From Alphaproteobacteria bacterium (GTDB lineage Bacteria > Pseudomonadota > Alphaproteobacteria > UBA828), in NCBI GenBank assembly GCA_965220745.1, contig CBDCQT010000010.1, positions 736,001-800,000 of the forward strand: 64,000 nucleotides of DNA. Reading direction: 5' to 3'. Position numbers and translations under genes: made by a program. The notes beneath the pieces are model-generated. The model was not told where the DNA came from. It did not search any database and was given only the letters and a program-made list of their open reading frames with translations. Shown in pieces: positions 14,300 to 24,043 of this stretch; the first letter of the stretch is position 1; every line of letters starts with the position of its first letter.

Positions 14300-16639
14300 A
14301 TGAATACCGGTCCACAGGTCGCGACCATGCGGCGCATCAGCGAGATGACGGAGACCAGCTTCAACGGCGTGGCCAAGCCCTACGTCCCGCCGCGCGAGCT
14401 CAGCATCTCCGACAAGCTCACCCTCCACCGGGACTGGGAAACCCAAATCGATCCCGTCACCTACGAGGTGATCCGCCACAACCTCTGGAACATCAATGAG
14501 GAGCACGGCGCCACGATCCAGCGCATCTCCGGCTCGCCGGTCGCGATCTACGCGCTCGACCTCAACCCCTCGATCCTCACCGAGGACGCCGAGTTCGTCT
14601 ATTTCGGCCCCTACATGCAGTACATGTCGGGCGTCACCGACACGCAGGTGAAGTGGATCCTGGAGAACCGCAGCGACAACCCCGGCATCCGCGAGGGCGA
14701 CATGTTCCTCGCCAACGACCCCTGGGTCGGCGCCGCACACCAGATGGACGTGATGGTGATTTGCCCGGTGTTCTGGGAGGGCGAGCTCTTCTGCTGGATC
14801 ACCAACTGCCTGCATCAGTACGACATCGGCGGCATCACGCCGGGGAGCTTCTGTCCCGCCGCCGAGAGCGCCTTCGACGAAGGAATCCTGATTCCGCCGG
14901 TGAAGATCGTCGAGAACGACGTGGTCCGCCGCGATATCGAGGAGCTTTACCTGCGCTCCTCGCGCAAGCCCGAGATGGTGGCGCTCGATTTCCGCGCGCA
15001 GCTCGCCGGCAACATGAGCGCACGCGAGCGCTTGCTGCAGCTTGTCCGCCGCTACGGGCCGCGCACGGTCAAGGGCGTGATGAAGCGCATCATCGACAAT
15101 GCCGAGACCGCCTTCCTCGCCAAGCTGGAGCGCTTGCCCGACGGCGCCTGGAGCGACCGCACCTACGTCGAGGCCTGCCGGCCGGGGGACCGGCGCACCC
15201 ATCGGGTCCAGATCACCGTCACCAAGAAGGGCAACCGGCTGATCTTCGACAATGACGGCACCGCGCCGCAGGACGGCGCCATGAACGCCACCTACTCCGG
15301 CTGGCGCGGCTCCGTCATGGTGGCGATCAACGAGCTGCTCGCGTGGGACCAGTATTTCGCGGTAGGCGGCGCACTCAGGCACATCGACTTCGACCCGACG
15401 GCAGGCACGCTCAACTGCGCCGACTTCCCGGCCAGCGTCTCGACAGCGCCCACGCAGTCCATGGAGATATCGCTTTATCCCGCCTACAACGCGATCTCCA
15501 AGATGCTCTTCTCGGACGAAGAGCTGCGCGGCGACATCATGGGCATCGGCGGCACCAGCCAGTGGCCGGCCACGCTCTTCCGCGGCATCGACCAGTGGGG
15601 CGAGCGCTACGGCTACCTGTTGATCGACCCCATCGGCGGCTCCATCGGCGCCTTCGCCCATGCCGACGGCATCAACACCGGCGGCCAAGCGCGCACGCCG
15701 ATCTGCCAGCTCCCCAACGTGGAGCACAACGAGCAGAACTTCCCGCTGCTCGTGCTCTACCGCAAGGAGCTGCCGGATTCCGGCGGCGCCGGCCGGTATC
15801 GCGGCGGGCTTTCCGCCGAGACCTGCTTCATCCCCCACAACACCGAGCGCATCACCCAGGACACGCTGTCCTCGGGCAACGCGACGCCCACCTCGACGGG
15901 GATGATGGGGGGCTTCCCGTCCACCACCAACGCCTACCAGTTTATCCGCGAGAGCGACATTCTGGAGCGCATGGCCGAGAGCCGCCTGATCGACGACTGT
16001 TCGCAGGTCTCAGGCCGGCCCGAGCATCTGGAGCTGCGGCAGGAGAACTTCGATCAGCACCCGGCGGATGTTTATGCGGTGCGCTGGTCCGGCGGCGGCG
16101 GCTTCGGCGATCCCATGCGGCGCGACCCGGCGAAGATCCAGCACGACCTGCTGCACCAGAACGTCACGCCGGAGGCGGCACGGGCGATCTTCGGCGCCGT
16201 GCTGAGCGAGGACGACACCACCGTCGATGTCGAGGCGACCGAACGCAACCGGGCCGCGATCAAGGCCGACCGCCTCGCACGCCTTACCAACGGCGCGACG
16301 CCGCAGCCTGAGCGCAACGGCGACCTGCGCCTGCGTGCGACCGATTCCCTCGACATACGCGAAGATGCTTCAGGCGCCTACTGGGCCTGCGGTGACTGCG
16401 GGGCGTCGCTCGGCCCGCTCGATGCCAACTACAAGGACGCCTGCCTGCAGGACGTGCGGCCGGTCTCGGAGTCGAACCCGCTGATCGGCGATCCTTCCCT
16501 TTTCGTGGACGATCCCGTCGAGTTCCGGCTGTTCTGCTGCCCCGGCTGCGGCGCGCAGATCGAGAACGAGATCGCCGTCGCCACCGACCCGATCCTGCGC
16601 GACATTTCCATCGCCATCCCGGCCGCGCACGATGGCTGA
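14300..16639 (+). CDS. Hydantoinase B/5-oxoprolinase family protein fused to a C-terminal acetone-carboxylase gamma-like Zn domain
   Basis: IDPVTYEVIRH, NDPWVGAAHQMD, HQYDIGG, DSGGAGRYRGG, GGGGFGDP. C-terminal WACGDCG...FCCPGCG. Confidence 0.85.
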   Translation: MNTGPQVATMRRISEMTETSFNGVAKPYVPPRELSISDKLTLHRDWETQIDPVTYEVIRHNLWNINEEHGATIQRISGSPVAIYALDLNPSILTEDAEFVYFGPYMQYMSGVTDTQVKWILENRSDNPGIREGDMFLANDPWVGAAHQMDVMVICPVFWEGELFCWITNCLHQYDIGGITPGSFCPAAESAFDEGILIPPVKIVENDVVRRDIEELYLRSSRKPEMVALDFRAQLAGNMSARERLLQLVRRYGPRTVKGVMKRIIDNAETAFLAKLERLPDGAWSDRTYVEACRPGDRRTHRVQITVTKKGNRLIFDNDGTAPQDGAMNATYSGWRGSVMVAINELLAWDQYFAVGGALRHIDFDPTAGTLNCADFPASVSTAPTQSMEISLYPAYNAISKMLFSDEELRGDIMGIGGTSQWPATLFRGIDQWGERYGYLLIDPIGGSIGAFAHADGINTGGQARTPICQLPNVEHNEQNFPLLVLYRKELPDSGGAGRYRGGLSAETCFIPHNTERITQDTLSSGNATPTSTGMMGGFPSTTNAYQFIRESDILERMAESRLIDDCSQVSGRPEHLELRQENFDQHPADVYAVRWSGGGGFGDPMRRDPAKIQHDLLHQNVTPEAARAIFGAVLSEDDTTVDVEATERNRAAIKADRLARLTNGATPQPERNGDLRLRATDSLDIREDASGAYWACGDCGASLGPLDANYKDACLQDVRPVSESNPLIGDPSLFVDDPVEFRLFCCPGCGAQIENEIAVATDPILRDISIAIPAAHDG

Positions 16640-18023
16640 CGCCGCGCCCTCCCACGCGCCCTCTAACGCCCACGCCGACCTGATGGCGCGGGATGCCGCG
16701 CGCGTCTACGGCTGGCGCTACCAGCCCGCAATCCAGTTCGATCGCGGCGAAGGCATCTGGCTCTACGACGTCGACGGCAAGCGCTACTACGACCTGACCG
16801 CCGGCATGATGTGCAACGTGCTGGGCCACTGCCACCCCGAGCTGGTGGAGGTCATGCGCGCGGAGGCCGGCAAGCTCTGGCACGAGAACTCCTGGTACTC
16901 GAACCCTCATCTCGTGCGCTTCGCCGAGCGTATCGGGAGCACCCTGCCCGACGGGCTGGAGGTGGTGAACTTCGCCGTCACCGGCTCGGAGGCGAACGAG
17001 GTCGCCATGCGCATGGCGCTCGCGGTCACCGGCAAGCACGACATCCTCTCGGTGATCCGGGGCCTTCACGGCGGCAGCCTCGCGGTCGAATCCGTGACCA
17101 CCATCGGCGGCGCCCGGCGGCGTCATCTCGGGCCCCTGCTGGCGCCCGCCAACGCGCCCGCGATCTACGCGCCCTTCTGCTACCGCTGCCCGATCAACCT
17201 CGAGTACCCCGCCTGCGACGTGGCCTGCCTCACGCAATCGCGCGAGCTGATCGACCACGTGACCTCGGGCGATATCGCCGCAGTGCTGGCGGAGACCATG
17301 CTGGTCGCGGGCGGCATGGTGGTGCCGCCGCCGGAGTGGCTGCCCCGGCTCAAGCAGCTTTCCGAGGCCGAGGGCGCGTTGCTGGTTCTGGACGAAGCCC
17401 AGCTCGCGCCTGCGCGCACGGGCAAGCTCTGGGGCTTCCAGCACTACGACGTGACCCCCGACATCGTCACCTTCGCCAAGGGCATGAGCGCAGGGCTTGC
17501 GATCTGCGGCGCCGTCACCACGCGCGAGATCGCGGAGCAGGCGCGCGGCAAGGCGGGGCTCCCCTGGGCCGGCACCTACTCCGGCGACCCGCTGCCGGCG
17601 GCGGTCGCCGACAAGCAGTTGGAGATCGTGCTGCGCGACAGGCTGGACGAGCGCGCCGCCGCCATGGGCGATGTGCTTCGCGCCGCGCTGGAGCGTGTGC
17701 GCGATACCCACGCGGTGATCGGCGACGTGCGCGGCCAGGGGCTCTACCAGATGCTCGACATCGTGAGCGACAAGGAGAGCCGCACGCCCGACCCCGCCAT
17801 GGCCGAGCGCATCCGCCTCAACGCGGCCCTCGGCGGCGTGATCGTGATCTGCGTGAAGAATTTCTTGCGCATCTGCCCACCGCTCACCGTGACCGAGGCC
17901 GAGATCGAAGCCTTCACCGAGCGCCTCGACCGCGCCGTCCGCCTCGCCCTCGACGGGCACCCGAAGGACGTGGATTTCCGCGCCTCCAGCTCCCTCGCCA
18001 TGGGAGGCGTCGCCGCCCAATAG
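16632..18023 (+). CDS. Class III PLP-dependent aminotransferase
   Basis: GEGIWLYDVDGKRYYD, GSEANE, LDEAQ...RTG...PDIVTFAKG (PLP lysine). Confidence 0.93.
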   Translation: MADAAPSHAPSNAHADLMARDAARVYGWRYQPAIQFDRGEGIWLYDVDGKRYYDLTAGMMCNVLGHCHPELVEVMRAEAGKLWHENSWYSNPHLVRFAERIGSTLPDGLEVVNFAVTGSEANEVAMRMALAVTGKHDILSVIRGLHGGSLAVESVTTIGGARRRHLGPLLAPANAPAIYAPFCYRCPINLEYPACDVACLTQSRELIDHVTSGDIAAVLAETMLVAGGMVVPPPEWLPRLKQLSEAEGALLVLDEAQLAPARTGKLWGFQHYDVTPDIVTFAKGMSAGLAICGAVTTREIAEQARGKAGLPWAGTYSGDPLPAAVADKQLEIVLRDRLDERAAAMGDVLRAALERVRDTHAVIGDVRGQGLYQMLDIVSDKESRTPDPAMAERIRLNAALGGVIVICVKNFLRICPPLTVTEAEIEAFTERLDRAVRLALDGHPKDVDFRASSSLAMGGVAAQ

Positions 18024-18060
18024 TCCGCGCGACACACACCCCGCGCGCGTTCCGCGCGAC

Positions 18061-18094
18061 ACAGACCATGACCAAGCCCGGAAAACCGGGCTAA
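18061..18094 (-). mobile_element. Degenerate MITE end (CTAGCCCGG family)
   Basis: Reverse complement TTAGCCCGGTTTTCCGGGCTTGGTCATGGTCTGT aligns ungapped with the terminal repeat of the 58977-59247 element. Preceded by a 17-bp near-direct repeat (18024-18040/18051-18067). Confidence 0.55.
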
Positions 18095-18132
18095 TCTCAC
18101 CGGCAAGACCAACGGGTTGAGAGACTGCCGTC

Positions 18133-19539
18133 ATGCGGCCGCTTCGGCCTGCAATAGGGTTGCTTTGCCTCTGTCTATGGCTCTGCCTCGCCGGCATGGC
18201 GGGGCCGCCGGCGCAGGCGGCCGACGACGACCTCGACGCGGCGCTCGACCGCGTTATCGCAGCACGCGGGCTCGAGCCCCTTGAGGCGCCGCGGCTTGTG
18301 ATCACGCCCAAGTTTCGGCTCGGCCAGATGCTCTTCTTCGACCCCATCCTCAGCGGCACGCGGGACGCGGCCTGCGCCACCTGCCACCTGCCGGGGCGCG
18401 GCACGTCCGACGGCGTGGCGCTCTCCTTGGGCGTGCGCGCCACAGGCCTCGCGGAGCAGCGCCGCGCGCTCGACACCGAGCGGGTGCACCCGCGCAACAC
18501 GATGGATATCTGGAATCGCGGCCACCCGAGCGTGCGCAACATGTTCTGGGACGGGCGCGTGAGCGAGATCGAGGCGCCGGTGAGCCGCTTCCAGACCCCG
18601 ATGATGGATTACCTGCCGGATGGGATCGAGAGCGTGCTGGCGGCGCAGGCGCTCTTCCCGCTCGCCGGCGAGGAGGAGATGCTGGGCTTGCCGCACGACC
18701 GCTCGGCGCCCGACCTTCCCGGCGGCCACGGCGACAAGCCCAACGAGATCGCCCAGGCCGCGGCCGGCTACGACGAGTTCGAGCCGCAGCGCTTCGTCGC
18801 AGTCCACGACGCGCTGATGCGCCGGCTCCTCGGCCAGGCCGGTACGCCGCTCACCGACTGGCAGATCGCCTACCGCCGGCTCATCGTCCAGGCATTTCCC
18901 GACACGCTGCTCGGCGCCGTCACCATGGGCGACCTCGCCAATGCCCTCGGCCACTTCCAGGAACTGGCCTTCGTCACGCACGAAACGCCGTGGGACCGCT
19001 ATGTCGCGGGCGACAAGGACGCGCTCGACGCCGCGGCGAAGCGGGGCGCGCTGCTCTTCTACGGCAAGGGCCGCTGCGTCGCCTGCCACAGCGGCCCGCT
19101 CTTGAGCGACTTCCAGTTCCACTCCCTCGCCGTGCCCCAGATCGGCCCAGGTATCGACGAAAGCGGCGACGACCGCGGGCGCTTCGAGGCAACGCGAATC
19201 CCCCGGAACCTGTACCAGTTCCGCACACCGCCGCTCCGCAACGTCACGCTCACCGCGCCCTATTTCCACAGCGGGGCCGTCAAGAGCCTGGCCGACGCCA
19301 TCGCTCTCCATCTCGCCCCGCCCGCTGCGTCACCGAACGAGTCCGAGGCCGACGCGCTGCGACGTGCGAGCTTTTCACCCATGCTCAGGCGCGGCATCGC
19401 GCTCAGCGAAGAGGAGCGCGCGAGCCTCCTCGCCTTCCTTGAGAGCCTGGAGGACGCCCAAGCCGATAGCCGGGCCCTAATTGTCCCCGAGAGCGTACCG
19501 AGCGGCCTGCCCGTGCCAGCGCTGGACGCCGATGGCTGA
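18133..19539 (+). CDS. Periplasmic diheme cytochrome c peroxidase/MauG superfamily protein
   Basis: Signal peptide; LGQMLFFDPILSG; heme motifs CATCH and CVACH; FWDGR; FRTPPLRNV..TAPYFHSG. Confidence 0.92.
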   Translation: MRPLRPAIGLLCLCLWLCLAGMAGPPAQAADDDLDAALDRVIAARGLEPLEAPRLVITPKFRLGQMLFFDPILSGTRDAACATCHLPGRGTSDGVALSLGVRATGLAEQRRALDTERVHPRNTMDIWNRGHPSVRNMFWDGRVSEIEAPVSRFQTPMMDYLPDGIESVLAAQALFPLAGEEEMLGLPHDRSAPDLPGGHGDKPNEIAQAAAGYDEFEPQRFVAVHDALMRRLLGQAGTPLTDWQIAYRRLIVQAFPDTLLGAVTMGDLANALGHFQELAFVTHETPWDRYVAGDKDALDAAAKRGALLFYGKGRCVACHSGPLLSDFQFHSLAVPQIGPGIDESGDDRGRFEATRIPRNLYQFRTPPLRNVTLTAPYFHSGAVKSLADAIALHLAPPAASPNESEADALRRASFSPMLRRGIALSEEERASLLAFLESLEDAQADSRALIVPESVPSGLPVPALDADG

Positions 19540-19555
19540 CCGGCGTACCGCCCCT

Positions 19556-19569
19556 TGTAACCGGTTACA
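19556..19569. promoter_or_regulatory. Perfect palindrome TGTAACCGGTTACA, LacI-family-like operator overlapping the putative aprMBA promoter
   Basis: 14-bp perfect palindrome with CG centre. Overlaps TTGTAA (-35-like, 19555-19560); TATGTT follows 16 nt later. Confidence 0.65.
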
Positions 19570-19652
19570 TAGGATATATGTTACCCTTCCACCGGATGAA
19601 TCGATACAGTCGCGCCCGGCGTTGAACGGAACAGGCCGACCGGGGGAATAAC

Positions 19653-20429
19653 GTGTTCACCAGTAATCCCTTTGCCGTGCTTTCGGAATCCATACCGCCC
19701 TCCGCGATACAGGCCTACGTGGGCGTCATGATTGCGCTGGTCGTGGTCGGCACCCTGTTCGACGTCTGGCACAAGGGGAGCGCCGCTTATTTCTTCGCAA
19801 GTTGGCGGAACTCACGGGGCAAGGGCACGCAGAATGTCGGCGGCGGGAAAATACTGTCGCTCGCGATCCAGACCGCTCTGGTGGAGGTCCTAACCTCTGC
19901 GGAATTCGGCTTAGGCCGCCGCCGGGTTGCCCACCTGCTGACCATGTACGGCTTCCTGCTCTACGTCGTGACCACCGTCGTCATGGTCTTCTGCCCCGCC
20001 GCGGCGACGCCCGCCGTCCTGCCCCAGCTCTGGATCGCAGGCGCTTTGCTTGTCTGCCTCGGGGGCTACTGGTTCTGGTTCTTCATCCGGGTCGACGTGT
20101 CGGCCGAGGGCCATACGCCCTTCCGCATCATGCGCGCCGACCTGTTCGTCCTCTCGCTTCTCGCCACCACGTCGCTGGGGCTGATCTGGGCCGCGCTGCA
20201 GTCGGTCGAGAGCTGGGGGACGTACATCGTTCTCGTCCTCTACCTCATCGCCACGACGGTGCTGTTCGGCTCCGTTCCGTGGTCAAAGTTCTCGCACATG
20301 TTCTTCAAGCCGGCGGCGGCCTTCGAGAAGCGGGTCTCGGAGGCGGCCGGTTCGCGGAGCAACCTGCCGGCCCCCGCCGACGAGCCCGAAACGCTCGGCA
20401 TTGCCCGCGAGCGCCCCCGCCACTACTGA
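19653..20429 (+). CDS. aprM: APS reductase membrane anchor
   Basis: Multi-TM protein directly upstream of aprB; DVWHKGSA, RRVAHLL.MYG, WSKFSHMFFKPAAA. Confidence 0.9.
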   Translation: MFTSNPFAVLSESIPPSAIQAYVGVMIALVVVGTLFDVWHKGSAAYFFASWRNSRGKGTQNVGGGKILSLAIQTALVEVLTSAEFGLGRRRVAHLLTMYGFLLYVVTTVVMVFCPAAATPAVLPQLWIAGALLVCLGGYWFWFFIRVDVSAEGHTPFRIMRADLFVLSLLATTSLGLIWAALQSVESWGTYIVLVLYLIATTVLFGSVPWSKFSHMFFKPAAAFEKRVSEAAGSRSNLPAPADEPETLGIARERPRHY

Positions 20430-20472
20430 TCGGCCCTCCACCGGTCTTCGATAGAGGAGAGTACCGAACCCC

Positions 20473-20934
20473 ATGCCGACCTTCGTCTACATGACCCGGT
20501 GCGACGGCTGCGGCTACTGCGTCGACATCTGCCCGTCCGACATCATGCACATCGATAAGACCTACCGGCGCGCCTACAACATCGAGCCCAACATGTGCTG
20601 GGAGTGCTACTCCTGCGTGAAGGCGTGCCCGCAGCATGCCATCGACTGCCGCGGCTATGCCGACTTCGCGCCCATGGGTCACAGCGTCCGGGCGCTGAGG
20701 GAAGAGGCGAAGGGCACCATCTCCTGGAAGATCAAGTTCCGGGACGGTGAGGAAAAGGACTTCGTTTCTCCCATCCGGACCACGCCTTGGGGCTCGATCA
20801 AGCCGCCGGCCGACTACGAGGCGCCCACCGCCGAGGCGATGAAATCCCAGGAGCTGGCGCATGAGCCGGACGCGCTCAACATCGAGGCGCTGCCCGCGAT
20901 GGCGCCGGAGCGCTTCAAGCAGGGACTCCTCTAG
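20473..20934 (+). CDS. aprB: Adenylylsulfate reductase beta subunit
   Basis: MPTFVYMTRCDGCGYCVDICPSDIM, CWECYSCVKACP (two 4Fe-4S motifs). Confidence 0.97.
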   Translation: MPTFVYMTRCDGCGYCVDICPSDIMHIDKTYRRAYNIEPNMCWECYSCVKACPQHAIDCRGYADFAPMGHSVRALREEAKGTISWKIKFRDGEEKDFVSPIRTTPWGSIKPPADYEAPTAEAMKSQELAHEPDALNIEALPAMAPERFKQGLL

Positions 20935-22778
20935 TGGGCCTGTTCTCACGCCGCAAGACGGTCTTCGTCGACGCGGACATCCTCGTCATCGGCGGCGGCA
21001 TGGCCGGCTGCGGGGCGACCTACGAAGCCGGCTACTGGGGACGCGACCTGAAGGTGGTCTGCGTCGAGAAGGCGAACATCGAGCGCAGCGGCGCGGTGGC
21101 CCAGGGCCTCTACGCGATCAACTGCTACATGGGCATGCAGTGGGACGAGAATCAACCCGAAGACCACGTGCGCTACGCCCGGAACGACCTCATGGGCCTG
21201 GTGCGGGAGGACCTGGGCTACGACATCGCGCGCCACGTCGATTCCACAGTGCACAAGTTCGAGGAGTGGGGCCTTCCCATCATGCGGGACCCGGAGACCG
21301 GGCGTTATCAGCGCGAGGGCAAGTGGCAGATCATGATCCACGGCGAGAGCTACAAGCCCATCGTCGCGGAGGCCGCGCGCAAGGCCGCCACCGAAGTCTA
21401 CAACCGGATCATGGTGACCCACCTGCTGACGGACCGGACGAAGCCCAACCGCGTCGCCGGCGCGGTCGGGTTCAACGTCCGCAGCGGGGAATTCTATGTC
21501 TTCCGCGCGAAGGCCGTCATCGTCTCCGCCGGCGGCGCGTCGCACATCTTCAAGCCGCGCGCGGTGGGCGAAGGCATGGGGCGCACCTGGTACGCGCCCT
21601 GGAGCAGCGCATCGGCCTACGCGCTGCCGATCCTCGTCGGCGCCAAGATGACCCAGATGGAGAACCGCATCGTCCTCACCCGCTTCAAGGACGGCTACGG
21701 CCCGGTCGGCGCCTACTTCCTCCATCTCAAGACCTACACCGAGAACGCCTACGGGGAGGAGTACGAGTCCAAGTGGTACGACCAGACCAAGGCGCTGGTC
21801 GGCGACTACATCGACATGCACCCGGTGCCCACCTGCCTGCGCAACCACGCCTTCCTGGAAGAGGTCAAGGCCGGCCGGGGGCCGATCCGCATGGTGACGA
21901 AGGAGGCCTTCGCCGATCCCCACAAGGAGCAGGTCGGCTGGGAGAATTTCCTCGGTATGACGATCGGGCAGGCGGTGGTCTGGGCCTCCCAGAACATCGA
22001 TCCCAAGCACACCAATCCGGAGCTGACCACGTCGGAACCTTACGTCATGGGCTCGCACGCCACATGCTCAGGCGCCTGGGCGAGCGGCCCGGAGGACTGC
22101 GCGCCGACCGACTACCAGTGGGGCTACAACCGGATGATGACCGTCGACGGGCTGTTCGGCGCCGGCGACACCATCGGCGGCTCCGCCCACAAGTTCTCGT
22201 CCGGGTCCTACACGGAGGGCCGGATCGCCGGCAAAGCGGCGGTCAACTACGTCAACGACCTGAAGGGCGAGCAGCCGCAAGTCAGCGAGAAAGAGTACGA
22301 GGACCTCAAGACGGTCATCTTCCAGCCCCTGGAGACCTACCGGGTCAATCGCAACGAGATCGTCGCGGGCACGGTCTCGCCGAGCTACATCCTGCCGATT
22401 CACGGCCTTCAGCGCCTCGAGAAGATCATGGACGAGTACGTCGGCGGCATCAGCGCCGCCTACACGACGAACGAGCCCATGCTCACGCGCGGGCTGGAGC
22501 TGCTGGGCATGCTCAAGGAGGACCTCGACCACCTCGGGGCCGAGGACCTGCACCAGCTACAGCGGGCGTGGGAGCTGCACCACCGGGTGCTCGCCTCGGA
22601 GGCCGTGACCCATCACACGATGTACAGGACCGAGACGCGGTGGCCCGGATACTACTATCGGGGCGATCATCCGAAGCTGGATGACGCCGACTGGCACTGC
22701 TTCACCCTGTCTCGCTACGATCGTGACTCCGGCGAATGGGCCATGGAGAAGGCCCCCGTCTACCACATCGTGGATTAG
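20934..22778 (+). CDS. aprA: Adenylylsulfate reductase alpha subunit
   Basis: GGGMAGCG, RSGAVAQGL, GKWQIMIHGESYK, TRFKDGYGPVGA, HKFSSGS, ETRWPGYYYRGD. Confidence 0.97.
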   Translation: MGLFSRRKTVFVDADILVIGGGMAGCGATYEAGYWGRDLKVVCVEKANIERSGAVAQGLYAINCYMGMQWDENQPEDHVRYARNDLMGLVREDLGYDIARHVDSTVHKFEEWGLPIMRDPETGRYQREGKWQIMIHGESYKPIVAEAARKAATEVYNRIMVTHLLTDRTKPNRVAGAVGFNVRSGEFYVFRAKAVIVSAGGASHIFKPRAVGEGMGRTWYAPWSSASAYALPILVGAKMTQMENRIVLTRFKDGYGPVGAYFLHLKTYTENAYGEEYESKWYDQTKALVGDYIDMHPVPTCLRNHAFLEEVKAGRGPIRMVTKEAFADPHKEQVGWENFLGMTIGQAVVWASQNIDPKHTNPELTTSEPYVMGSHATCSGAWASGPEDCAPTDYQWGYNRMMTVDGLFGAGDTIGGSAHKFSSGSYTEGRIAGKAAVNYVNDLKGEQPQVSEKEYEDLKTVIFQPLETYRVNRNEIVAGTVSPSYILPIHGLQRLEKIMDEYVGGISAAYTTNEPMLTRGLELLGMLKEDLDHLGAEDLHQLQRAWELHHRVLASEAVTHHTMYRTETRWPGYYYRGDHPKLDDADWHCFTLSRYDRDSGEWAMEKAPVYHIVD

Positions 22779-22843
22779 TACTACAGTTGCATATTAGTCG
22801 ATGATGTGATGTCCTCGCTGCGTGATGGACGGGAAGAGGGGGA

Positions 22844-24043
22844 ATGATGAGTATCGCGGCCTGGTCCGGTTCCCTCGTGGAGTGGGAGGGTGAGCTGTCG
22901 TCGCTGAAGGCGCGTCTTGGCCCGGTCTTCGGCCGGCGCGAGCTTCGCGAGACGGGAAGCGCGTTTCTGGATGGCCTCCTGTCGGGGATTGCGCGCAAGA
23001 CCGGATGGATGCTGTCGGAGCACGCGGGCTTTGAACGTCCCTGGCGGATCCAGGGCCTCCTGGGCCGAAACCGCTGGGATGCTGACGCGCTGCGCGACGA
23101 GGTGCGTGCCTATGTCGTGGAAGCGCTCGGTTGCGAGGACGGCGTCCTGGTGGTGGACGAGACAGGCTTTCTGAAGAAGGGGCGTCACTCGGTCGGGGTC
23201 GCACGCCAGTACACGGGGACTGCAGGCCGCATCGAGAACAGCCAGGTCGGTGTCTTTCTCGCCTATGCCGGCCGTTTCGGCCAGGCCCTGATCGACCGGC
23301 GCCTGTACTTGCCGAAGGATTGGGCCTCGGATGAGGCCCGGCGGGCGAAGACGGGCGTCCCGGCCGACCTGACCTTCGCCACCAAGCCCGCGCTGGCACG
23401 GGAGATGGTGGCGCGCGCCCTGGATGCGGGCGTTCCCTGTGCGTGGGTCCTGGCCGATGCGGTCTACGGGTCGGACTTCGGCCTGCGCTCCATGCTGGAG
23501 GAGCGAGGACAGGCCTACGTGCTGGCGATACGCAGCAACCATCATCTGCGCTTCATCGACGCCGCGGGCTTGATTGAAACGACCCCTGCTCAGATCGCCG
23601 ACGGTCTTGACCACGACGCCTGGTCGGCCCATGCCGCCGGCGAGGGCAGCAAGGGTCTGCGGCTCTACCACTGGGCGCGGTTCGCTCTGCCCTGGGACTG
23701 CCCCTCGGGCTGGCAACGCTGGCTCCTGATCCGCCGCTCCCGGAAAGACCCGGAGAAGCGGGCCTACTATCTTGTCTTCTGTCCCGTCGCCACGAGCCTT
23801 GCCGAGCTGGCAGGCGCCGCCGGTCTGCGCTGGACCATCGAGGAATGCTTTCAGCGGGCCAAGGACGACCTCGGCCTCGATCACTGCGAGGCCCGCTCCT
23901 GGCACGGCTGGCACCGCCACATGAGCCTCGTCATGGCCGCCGCCGCCTTCCTTGCCAAGGTGACTGCCGACATGCGCCGCATGGCATGCCGCAAACGGAA
24001 CAAATCGAGTCCAGTCATGGCAACAGCCGTCTCGCCGCCATGA
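22844..24043 (+). CDS. IS701 family transposase
   Basis: VVDETGFLKKGRHSVGVARQYTGTAGRIENSQVGV, ADAVYG, RWTIEECFQRAKDDLGLDHCEARSW. Confidence 0.95.
   Translation: MMSIAAWSGSLVEWEGELSSLKARLGPVFGRRELRETGSAFLDGLLSGIARKTGWMLSEHAGFERPWRIQGLLGRNRWDADALRDEVRAYVVEALGCEDGVLVVDETGFLKKGRHSVGVARQYTGTAGRIENSQVGVFLAYAGRFGQALIDRRLYLPKDWASDEARRAKTGVPADLTFATKPALAREMVARALDAGVPCAWVLADAVYGSDFGLRSMLEERGQAYVLAIRSNHHLRFIDAAGLIETTPAQIADGLDHDAWSAHAAGEGSKGLRLYHWARFALPWDCPSGWQRWLLIRRSRKDPEKRAYYLVFCPVATSLAELAGAAGLRWTIEECFQRAKDDLGLDHCEARSWHGWHRHMSLVMAAAAFLAKVTADMRRMACRKRNKSSPVMATAVSPP

Noticed and set aside
19653-22778. Dissimilatory sulfate reduction
   Set aside because: AprM rather than QmoABC accompanies aprBA, no dsr genes are in the window, and the context is an oxidative TCA cycle.
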